A DNA stretch of 63,886 nucleotides, filler included, from Octopus bimaculoides (Eukaryota): assembly GCF_001194135.2 (NCBI RefSeq). It is 7 parts of 7 records of this genome, joined end to end, with 100 filler letters (N's around TTAATTAATTAA, not from the genome) between each part and the next. Parts side by side here need not be neighbours in the genome. Positions count along the whole stretch, not along the records: positions 27,923 to 33,639 come from NC_069009.1; positions 33,740 to 44,664 come from NC_069005.1; 5 more parts are not named here. One strand, written 5' to 3'. The notes under the pieces were generated by a model. The model saw only the letters and a list, made by a program, of their open reading frames with translations. It made no database searches and was not told where the DNA came from. Positions 28,668-38,247 of this stretch are shown in pieces. The translations under genes were made by a program, and so were the position numbers. Numbering within the stretch: position 1 is the stretch's first letter; every line of letters starts with the position of its first letter.

Positions 28668-29066
28668 CAGGAGTGGCTGTGTGGTAAGTAGCTTGCCTAC
28701 CAACCACATGGTTCCGGGTTCATTCCCACTGTGTGACACCTTGGGCAAATGTCTTCTACTATAGCCTCGGGCTGACCAAAGCCTTGTGAGTGGATTTGGT
28801 AGACGGAAACTGAAAGAAGCCTGTCATATATATGTATATATATGTGTGTGTGTGTGTGTTTGTGTGTCTGTGTTTGTCCCCCCAACATCGCTTGACAGTC
28901 GATGCTGGTGTGTTTACATCACCGTAACTTAGCGGTTCGGCAAAAGAGACCGATAGAATAAGTATTAGGCTTACAGAGAATAAGTCCTGGGGTTGATTTG
29001 TTCGACTAAAGGCGGTGCTCCAGCATGGCCACAGTCAAATGACTGAAACAAGTAAAAGAGTAAGAG
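28668..29066 (+). mobile_element. SINE family C (tRNA-like head, internal TA/CA microsatellite)
   Basis: Head ggagtggctgtgtggtaagtagcttgc...ggttccgggttcattccc and tail gactgaaacaagtaaaagagt. It is the most abundant family: 25170-25520, 45965-46349, 50055-50790, 53086-54900, 56376-56714, 62235-62415, 63200-63860, with fragments at 1650, 3520, 9125 and 13760. Confidence 0.85.
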
Positions 29067-29962
29067 TATATTTTTTAATTCTTGTATCGGTTCCAGCTCA
29101 AAGCTGCAGCCATACTGGAGCTACTGCTGTTTTGACTTCCTGACCCTGTAGGGTCCAGAAGCATGTACCCACATTGGCGATCGGTAAGCAGAAGAGAGCA
29201 ATGAGAACATCCCTTGCACACAACTCCCTTGTCCATTCAACAAGGCCCATATCTGTATATGATACATTAGATAATGTAATCCTAGATGCACTTTGTCTGA
29301 ATAAAAGATAGGATGGTCACAGTTGGAACATCTTGATTAATGATCTGCTGGATCAGGAATAACCTGGGGGTTAAGCAACAACAGCAACATCATCTATTAT
29401 CACTAACTACTATACTGTACATTAGATAATGTAGTCCCAGATACACTGTGCCTGAATAAAAGATAGGTCTGCTGGATCAGGACTTACCTGGGGCTAAACA
29501 ACAACAGCAGCAACAACAACAATTATAGCCACTAATACCAACTACTATACTATACATTATATAAGGTAGTCCTAGATAGATCATGTATAAATGTAAGATG
29601 GGGTGGTCACGGCTGGAACGTCCTTGATCAGAGATTTGTTTCATTGGTGCTGATTTTGTGTTAGTCAACAACAAAACCTTAGACATTAATACTTAACCAT
29701 GCTATATTTTAGTGCCTTGCCCTTCAGTTGTTGAGCACTTTCCTTCATTGCTTAATGCGCAGACATCACTTGCAACCAAAGGGACGCAAAGGAAAATCTT
29801 GGAGTGTCTTTGATGAAGGAAATCTCCATCCTGCCAATGAAATTCTGCCCTGAACTTTTCACCCGAAACGTCAGAAGCGTATTAAATTACGTTTGGCCCG
29901 AAGCCTTTGTTTTGCACCAATGAAATCACTACTGACCATAGCGACCAACCTGATACAGCATT

Positions 29963-30236
29963 TGTCATCATCATCATCATCATCATCATCATCGTTGCCA
30001 TCGTCATTGGTGTCATCACCACCACCATCATCATCATCATCATCATCATCATCATTGTGATCATCATCATCATCATCATCACCGTCTTCATCATCATCAT
30101 CGCCGTCTTCATCGGTGTCATCACCATCATCATTATTGTTGTTCTCATCGCGTCTTCATCACTATCATCATTGCTGTCGTCATCGGTGTCATCATCACCA
30201 CCATCATCATCATCATCATCATCATCGTCATCATCC
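29963..30236. repeat. (ATC)n trinucleotide repeat
   Basis: Direct inspection; gives poly-I, poly-M and poly-D pseudo-ORFs. Confidence 0.95.
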
Positions 30237-30409
30237 TTTAACATCTGTTTTCTGTGCTGGTATGGGTTGGATGGTTTGACTGGAACTGTGAAGCCGGAGA
30301 GCTGCACCAGGTTCCAGTCTGGTTTGTCTCGGTTTCTACAGCTGGATGCCCTTCCTAACACCAACCACTTTATAGAGTGTACTGGGTGCTGTTTCTATGG
30401 CAGTGGCAC

Positions 30410-30550
30410 AGGTGTCTGGTGGCTGTAGCAAAAGAGGTGGTATGGTGGATCCATTTGAAAGGGCTAAAGTCAGACACTTTCCTCTTTGGCCAAGGCCTCA
30501 TCAACTTTTTCAAGTTCCACTTGAAAAGGAAGATGAGAGTAGAGAAGGAA
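30410..30550 (+). mobile_element. Second fragment of the same L1/Tx1-like family
   Basis: VAVAKEVVWWIHLKGLKSDTFLFGQGLINFFKFHLKRKMRVE aligns by eye with the C-terminal part of the 21498-21935 fragment. Confidence 0.6.
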
Positions 30551-30865
30551 GTGTTGGTTCTATTATTATTATAGACATTGCACAGTATCCAGTACTGTGA
30601 GGTTGTTGATTGAGGATATTGTGTGTTCCGGGGGTTTGTACTGTCTGTCAAGTCACAACAAGGACCTCACACAGACAGTGCTTTACGCAATATGCGTGTA
30701 GTTCCAAGTAATACTGACTTTTGCAATACATCTAGCTTGGAAGATATGAGATGAAGTATTGAAGGCGGATCAGAAGACACTGAGTCTCATGAATTGAGAT
30801 GACTAAGGACCAAAATATCTGGCACTTTATTGTACTCAAGAAGACCCGTCCACCACAGCAGAATT

Positions 30866-31275
30866 GATGCTGGTGTTGGAGCCAATGGAAAAGCAATTGT
30901 GCTGGTGGCACATAAAAAGATCTGGTGTTAGTGCCACTTACAAAGAAATGGTGCTGATGCTGCATAAAAACCAAATTGTGCTGGTGCCACATAAAATGCA
31001 CTGGTGCTGGTGCCACATAAGAAGCAATTGTGCTGGTGCCACATCAAAACCATTGGTGCTGGTGTCATAAAAACCATTGGTGCTGGTGTCACATAAAACC
31101 ATTGGTGCTGGTGTCACATAAGAAGCAATTGTGCTGGTGCATCATAAAATGCACTGCTACTGGTGCCACATAAGAAGCAATTGTGCTGGTGCCACATAAA
31201 ATGCACTGGTGCTGGTGTCACATAAAAACCATTGGTGCTGGTGCCACATATAAAGGACAGGTGCTGGTGCCATGT
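30866..31275. repeat. Minisatellite of about 25-30-bp units
   Basis: About a dozen copies of a tgctggtg(c/t)cacataaaa core with spacers gcaattg, ccattg or tgcactg. Same motif as the internal repeats of family D. Confidence 0.85.
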
Positions 31276-31678
31276 TAAAAGCGCCCAGTATAGTCAATGG
31301 GAAGGGCATCCAGCCATAGAAACCATGCCAGAACAGAAAATGGAGCCTGGTGTGGTCCCTGGCCTAACAAGCTGTGGCCAAACCATACCATCCAACTCAT
31401 GCCAGAATGAAAAACGGATGTTAAATGATGAGGGTGACAAATGATGATGACAGTGATGATGATGATGATGATGTGTTTCTGCCACACAGAGTATGTGCAG
31501 TTGTGTGTGGAACCCACAATATTCCGCTGGGCACCTTCCTTCGGGGATTTTCCCCTCCTTGTCTTGACATTGCTTGATCTTTATGAGTGTCACCAGCGTG
31601 CAAGCAGTGTCACTTTTCTCCAGTCTCCTGTGGTATCATATCTAGTCATGGGGTAATATTAACCTATTACGAAACAGT

Positions 31679-31731
<53 letters not shown>

Positions 31732-33221
31732 NNNNNNNNNNNNNNNNNNNNNNNNNNNNNNNNNNNNNNNNNNNNNNNNNNNNNNNNNNNNNNNNNNNNN
31801 NNNNNNNNNNNNNNNNNNNNNNNNNNNNNNNNNNNNNNNNNNNNNNNNNNNNNNNNNNNNNNNNNNNNNNNNNNNNNNNNNNNNNNNNNNNNNNNNNNNN
31901 NNNNNNNNNNNNNNNNNNNNNNNNNNNNNNNNNNNNNNNNNNNNNNNNNNNNNNNNNNNNNNNNNNNNNNNNNNNNNNNNNNNNNNNNNNNNNNNNNNNN
32001 NNNNNNNNNNNNNNNNNNNNNNNNNNNNNNNNNNNNNNNNNNNNNNNNNNNNNNNNNNNNNNNNNNNNNNNNNNNNNNNNNNNNNNNNNNNNNNNNNNNN
32101 NNNNNNNNNNNNNNNNNNNNNNNNNNNNNNNNNNNNNNNNNNNNNNNNNNNNNNNNNNNNNNNNNNNNNNNNNNNNNNNNNNNNNNNNNNNNNNNNNNNN
32201 NNNNNNNNNNNNNNNNNNNNNNNNNNNNNNNNNNNNNNNNNNNNNNNNNNNNNNNNNNNNNNNNNNNNNNNNNNNNNNNNNNNNNNNNNNNNNNNNNNNN
32301 NNNNNNNNNNNNNNNNNNNNNNNNNNNNNNNNNNNNNNNNNNNNNNNNNNNNNNNNNNNNNNNNNNNNNNNNNNNNNNNNNNNNNNNNNNNNNNNNNNNN
32401 NNNNNNNNNNNNNNNNNNNNNNNNNNNNNNNNNNNNNNNNNNNNNNNNNNNNNNNNNNNNNNNNNNNNNNNNNNNNNNNNNNNNNNNNNNNNNNNNNNNN
32501 NNNNNNNNNNNNNNNNNNNNNNNNNNNNNNNNNNNNNNNNNNNNNNNNNNNNNNNNNNNNNNNNNNNNNNNNNNNNNNNNNNNNNNNNNNNNNNNNNNNN
32601 NNNNNNNNNNNNNNNNNNNNNNNNNNNNNNNNNNNNNNNNNNNNNNNNNNNNNNNNNNNNNNNNNNNNNNNNNNNNNNNNNNNNNNNNNNNNNNNTATAT
32701 ATATATGTATGTGTCTGTATATATGCATATTTTTATATATGTATGTATACTTTATATCTCCATGTATCTATTGAAAAATGTATGTATGTATGTAAATATA
32801 TATATGTATATTCATCCACGTGCACATTTATGTGTATATGTGTAAGCATATATGTATATATTTGTATATATATGCACACACGTATGGTGTTTGTGTGAGT
32901 GTGTGTGTGTGTGTGTGTATACACACACACACACACATATGTATATATATTTATATTGTCTGAGTGTTATTTATGTAAACATTGCATTCTGATGGAAACC
33001 TGCAAACCCATCTCTGAAGAAATCATATGACATTTTCTCCAAGACTTTCAACAGAACCAAATATTTATTTAGATATCATTTCTATAATTATTTCAACACG
33101 CATTTTTCCCTCTGTTTTCACACACACACACACACACACACACAGACGGGGTTATACAATTGCTTATACATATGTAATTATATATACATAGTCACATGTA
33201 TACTTAATCCTCACTATCACT

Positions 33222-33346
33222 ATCTATCTATCTATCTATCTATCTAACTATCTATATCTGTTTGTCTATCTGTCTGTCTGTCTGTCTGTCTGTTTATCTG
33301 TCTATCTATCCGCCTGTCTGTCTGTTGGTCTATCTATCTATTCATA

Positions 33347-33395
<49 letters not shown>

Positions 33396-33430
33396 GTCTG
33401 TCTGTTTGTCTGTCTATCTATGTCTGTCTG

Positions 33431-33465
<35 letters not shown>

Positions 33466-33602
33466 GTCTGTTTGTCTATCTGTCTGTCTGTTGGTTTATC
33501 TATCTATTCATCTATCTGTCTGTCTGTCTGTCTGTCTGTCTGTTGGCTTATCTATCTATTCATCTATCTATCTGTCTGTCTATTTGTATGTCTGTCTGTC
33601 TA
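33222..33602. repeat. (TATC)n/(TGTC)n tetranucleotide satellite
   Basis: Direct inspection. Similar GATA/TATC tracts at 10148-10202 and 61004-61140. Confidence 0.95.
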
Positions 33603-33639
33603 TCTGAATATGTGTATGTATGTATGTTTATATAAATAT

Positions 33640-33739
33640 NNNNNNNNNNNNNNNNNNNNNNNNNNNNNNNNNNNNNNNNNNNNTTAATTAATTAANNNNN
33701 NNNNNNNNNNNNNNNNNNNNNNNNNNNNNNNNNNNNNNN
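33640..33739. other. Artificial 100-nt scaffold spacer (44 N + TTAATTAATTAA + 44 N)
   Basis: The same 12-mer sits in the middle of N runs at 19567, 27867, 33684, 44709, 60111 and 61425, and has stops in all six frames. Confidence 0.95.
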
Positions 33740-33925
33740 CCAATTGATGAATATGCTGCTCAACAATTGAAGGAGTATGATGGCAAACAGCTGGTGTGTG
33801 TTACCAAAGAGGGTTTGGAACTTCCTGACGATGAGGAATCTAAGAAGAAGCTGGAGGAGGATAAGACAGCATATGAAAGCTTATGTAAAGTCATCAAAGA
33901 CATTTTGGACAAAAAGGTCGAGAAG
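33740..33925 (+). CDS. HSP90: Cytosolic HSP90, penultimate visible exon (5' end truncated by assembly gap)
   Basis: Translates [62 protein letters not shown], the HSP90 middle/C-terminal region. Phase-0 GT donor at 33926. Starts directly after an N gap. Confidence 0.97.
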
Positions 33926-34042
33926 GTTGGTAGTTGTTTTGTATTTCATTCAGTTGCTAAATTATAAAATCATTAGTGCTTTTTGTTCCATGTTCTCTTA
34001 CATCAATAATACTTCAATTCTTGTTTCTTTTGTTTGTTGTAG

Positions 34043-34486
34043 GTTGTTGTATCAAACAGACTGGTAGACTCTCCCTGCTGTATTGTCACTAGTCAGTATG
34101 GTTGGTCAGCGAACATGGAGCGTATCATGAAGGCTCAAGCTTTGAGAGATACTTCAACCATGGGTTACATGGCTGCTAAGAAACATTTGGAAGTAAACCC
34201 TGATCATTCCATCATTAAGGCATTGAAGAGCAAAGTAGATGCTGATAAAAATGACAAAACCGTGAAAGACTTTGTAATTTTAATGTATGAAACCTCTCTT
34301 CTGTCATCAGGTTTCAATCTTGATAACCCACAATCACATGCATGTCGTATCCATCGAATGATTAGCTTTGGTCTTGGTTTGGACGAAGATGAAATAATGG
34401 AGGAGAACGTACCTGCAGAGACTGATGCTGACATGCCAGCATTAGAGGGAGATGATGATTTATCTAAAATGGAAGAAGTTGATTAA
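34043..34486 (+). CDS. HSP90: Cytosolic HSP90, last coding exon
   Basis: Acceptor TTGTTGTAG at 34042. Translates [55 protein letters not shown]...[13 protein letters not shown] is the TPR-binding tail of cytosolic HSP90. The 117-nt phase-0 intron joins KVEK|VVVS in frame. Confidence 0.98.
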   Translation, partial: VVVSNRLVDSPCCIVTSQYGWSANMERIMKAQALRDTSTMGYMAAKKHLEVNPDHSIIKALKSKVDADKNDKTVKDFVILMYETSLLSSGFNLDNPQSHACRIHRMISFGLGLDEDEIMEENVPAETDADMPALEGDDDLSKMEEVD

Positions 34487-34923
34487 TTATTTCACAAGAG
34501 ACATTTATTAGCTAATTGAGACACATGAAGAATGTTGGTTCATTCCTTGTACATTTTCCTTTTCATTTCCATATTTCAATGACCAGGTGGTCAGAATTTA
34601 GTAAAACCTGGTGGAATTGTTTATCTCAGATGCTTTCTACACTAAGCTGTTTTCTATGAAAACTAATCTCCATTGCTTGTTAACATTAGTTACCATACTT
34701 CAAGAACTCTTCTCAATTAACAACAAATTTGTAGTTCTTCAAACATCTCAATTATTTGCTGAAATCTTGTTTTGTTTTGTCTTATATGTTAATGGATGGA
34801 TGGATCTCTTTTGACCTCCGTCTCGGAAGTCTTTGACAGCTGGCACCTACTCAGTTATTTATTTGCTTGGTGTAAGCATTAACTGCACTGAATTCCGTTG
34901 TATATTTGTTCAAATTTTTCCTA

Positions 34924-34929
34924 AATAAA
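34924..34929 (+). promoter_or_regulatory. Probable HSP90 polyadenylation signal
   Basis: AATAAA about 440 nt after the stop, followed by a GT-rich stretch (ttttgtgtttgtgtt). Confidence 0.6.
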
Positions 34930-35403
34930 AATATTTCATAATATTTTGTGTTTGTGTTAATGCTGCGTGATGTTTGCTTAATTTAATTTGTCTTGTGGGT
35001 TTTTCTTTTTGTACACTGAATTTTTCTAACCAAGTTATTTGGCTATGAATAGGGCACCACTGAAGATTGTCATGTTCCATAAGGGGAGTATGGATTAAAT
35101 TCTATGAATTCTGGTGATGCATTTGTTGGCTAAGAGAAGTGTACAACCTGTTCGAGCAGTTTACTAACATAGTTCAATTTTGTATTATTTGCGCTGCTTA
35201 CCATTTATATTTCCACATCTGATAATAGATTTTGATGTGGCTTCTGCAAACGGATCAGTAAAATGTGCAAAGGTGTTCTTTAATATGGTATGACTTTCTT
35301 ATTTCTAGCAAGAGTAATGACCAAATGGATAAATTAGCATTATTAACCGGATGTAACTTAAATGGACCGAAACCTGAAGGACTGTATTCCAAACAGCCAT
35401 TTT

Positions 35404-35680
35404 GGATCTAGTCTTTCTCATTTGCAAAGTGTGCCCTCCTTAATTTTGCTTTCAATTTAGGTTTATCAATACAACTCTGAATTTCGATTACGATCAACCA
35501 ATTACTTTATCTTGTAAATTACAGAATCTGATGTTATTTGGAATTAAATTTGGGTAATTTTAGCCAAACAGACAGCATGGCATTAGCTTGTTACCATGAC
35601 AACTGCATGCTGTGTTCACTGTCTTTTTTTTTCACACCATGAGATACTTTTCACCTGCATGTTATTAATTTTTCTGTTAG
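35404..35680. mobile_element. Second copy of the 2045-2481 MITE family
   Basis: Shares the block caactctgaattt-gattacgatcaaccaattactttatc...ttgttaccatgacaac with 2123-2270. Confidence 0.65.
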
Positions 35681-36029
35681 TATTTTCACATTTTTCATTT
35701 CATGTATTTTGGGGACAGCTTCACATTTCAACAGCTTAACTGAAATTTAGCCCACGTAACAGGAACTGAGAAACTGTGGGTGATAAAGATAATTTGACAT
35801 TATTTTTGAATTCTGCATGCAAAAAAAGTATAAGATACAGGTATCCTCTTTCTTGGGACAAATTCTTTGTTGACCAGTGTTATTCTTATCGTAGTTTACA
35901 AATCCAAACATGAAAATGTTGCTCAACTTTGGGGTTTTGGAGACAGATGCCCCCTTCATACACACAAATGAATACATAAATGTACATATAAACTTGGGGA
36001 AATTTCGAACCTGGGTTCTCATTCCTAAG

Positions 36030-36070
36030 ACACCTGATGAAGGCTGGAGGGTATATCAGCCGAAATGTGT
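36030..36070 (+). ncRNA. Degenerate hammerhead-like motif lacking stem III, in a dispersed repeat
   Basis: ACAC-CTGATGA-A-GGCTG(loop)CAGCC-GAAA-T-GTGT. The downstream sequence (36067-36118) recurs inverted near 61923-61980. Confidence 0.4.
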
Positions 36071-36483
36071 TAACAACAAACAAAATGAGGACAAATATCC
36101 GTCAAATGTAAATAATGTAGACGGTAGAGCATTGAATAAAATGGAGTATATTTTAGACTGAAAAAAGAACTTTGTCATCTCAATTTTAAAAAGTGAACTA
36201 TGGCAAAAATGCATTATTCATGAATGATCCAATAATAACCCCATACCCATAATTCACAAGCATGTATTATGCTTTTGTTAATTGTTTCAAGTGTTTATTC
36301 ATGAAGACACACAGACATTGTCTTGGTCAACTCAGCTTGACCCAGCTGTATACGTCCAGGATGTAACCAACAGAAGAAGGGCCTGTGTATTTTTTTGTTT
36401 TCCCTGTTTCAAATACCAAATACGACTGAAATAAAACGAACCATACAAACAAAGGGATTTTAAAAGAACTGAATGAAATTCGT

Positions 36484-36531
36484 TTAGAACTCTTGATAAT
36501 AGTTGAGAAGGTTAATAAGTTGCGCACAGTT
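36484..36531 (-). CDS. Candidate orphan terminal exon (NCAQLINLLNYYQEF*)
   Basis: Acceptor ctgaccaacctacttggcag, open 15 codons to TAA, and minus-strand AATAAA at 36299-36294. No homology recognised. Confidence 0.3.
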   Translation of the reverse strand, partial: NCAQLINLLNYYQEF

Positions 36532-38187
36532 CTGCCAAGTAGGTTGGTCAGAATTTGTACCAACCATGCAAAATGGCTGTGGAGTTAAGAAGCTCACTTT
36601 GTAACTGAGGTTTCAGGATCAGTTCCCTTGCATGCAAATTTGCTTTCTGGAAAAAGCATCACTCTTTAGCATTTAAACCAGCCATGCCTGGCTAAAATAT
36701 CCACCCATTTTATGTTCAAACTGACCATATCCAGCCTTTCATGCCTAGCCTACACTCATTCTGAAAATAAACAATCACATGAAAATCTTGAAGCTTTGAG
36801 ATAATGCGTGATTAATACAAAACAAAGGAGCCACAGATGTTGGGACTCACAGGGGTTATGATAGGGGACTGACACCCCTGGTGATTTGCTGTGCTTGAGA
36901 AAATATGCCAAGCTAAGTAAAAGTATGGTTGCCCTTGCACACAGACTTGTCTCTTGCATCCCTCGCCAGCTAAGTGTTCCTAATCTTACAGGCTTGTGGG
37001 TGCTGGTGCCATGTAAAAAGCACCTGTGCTGGTGCCATTTGAATGCACCTGTGCTGTGTAAAAAGCATCCAGTACACTTTGTAAAGTGGATGGTCTTAGA
37101 AAGAGCATCCTACCTTGGAAACCATGCCAAAATAGACATGGAGTCTGGGTGTTAAATGATGATGATGATTAATGTGAATAAGTGGCATGAGTAAGGACTT
37201 TCAAGCGAGATCGTCGCCAGTGCCCCTGGACTGGCTCTTGTGCGGGTGGCACATAAAATACACCATTTTGAGTGTGGCCGTTGCCAGTACCACCTGACTC
37301 TAGAGCTAAGATTTTTGTGTGTCATCAAAACTTTATACACACACACACTGTATATATATATATATGTATGTATATGTGTATATATATATATGTATATATA
37401 TATATATGTATATGTATATATATATATATGTATATGTATATATATATATATGTATATGTACATACATATATATATGTATATGTATTTATTAATGAGGATA
37501 GAAATTGATATTAATCAATTAAAACCAGTGGTCTAGCATATTAAAAAAATCCGAAGATTAAAATTATATTACATACAAAAATAAGAGGAATGACCAGCAA
37601 AAGTGGACTCCTATATGCTAGAAATAGATGCCGAATCATCTAACCACGAAAAGAACATTTTTGTATGTAATATATGTATATGTATGTATATATATTTCGT
37701 ATGTGTATTTCGTGTGCAAGATTCTTGATGTGGATACGTGTGTTGAAAGAAATACAATTAAACCTTGGGAGAGGCATTATGCCGGTAATAAACACACGCA
37801 CTGGTTCAGTCCTTTATTAATTTATATAGTTTTTTGTTAAATTATTTCATTGCACTCTTGCAATCTCTTCAGTAACTTNNNNNNNNNNNNNNNNNNNNNN
37901 NNNNNNNNNNNNNNNNNNNNNNNNNNNNNNNNNNNNNNNNNNNNNNNNNNNNNNNNNNNNNNNNNNNNNNNNNNNNNNNNNNNNNNNNNNNNNNNNNNNN
38001 NNNNNNNNNNNNNNNNNNNNNNNNNNNNNNNNNNNNNNNNNNNNNNNNNNNNNNNNNNNNNNNNNNNNNNNNNNNNNNNNNNNNNNNNNNNNNNNNNNNN
38101 NNNNNNNNNNNNNNNNNNNNNNNNNNNNNNNNNNNNNNNNNNNNNNNNNNNNNNNNNNNNNNNNNNNNNNNNNNNNNNNNNNNNNNN

Positions 38188-38247
<60 letters not shown>

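Noticed and set aside
29882-30428. ORFs with poly-I, poly-M or poly-D resembling membrane or acidic proteins
   Set aside because: Translations of an (ATC)n repeat, with no splice signals or domain content.
30866-31275. Repeat-spacer-like pattern suggesting CRISPR
   Set aside because: Eukaryotic context, the spacers are short and themselves repeated, and there are no cas genes; it is a minisatellite.
31587-32774. Longest ORF-track entries (also 38717, 53216, 55397, 56787)
   Set aside because: They only span N gaps. The exception is the real GINS3 segment 56153-56308.
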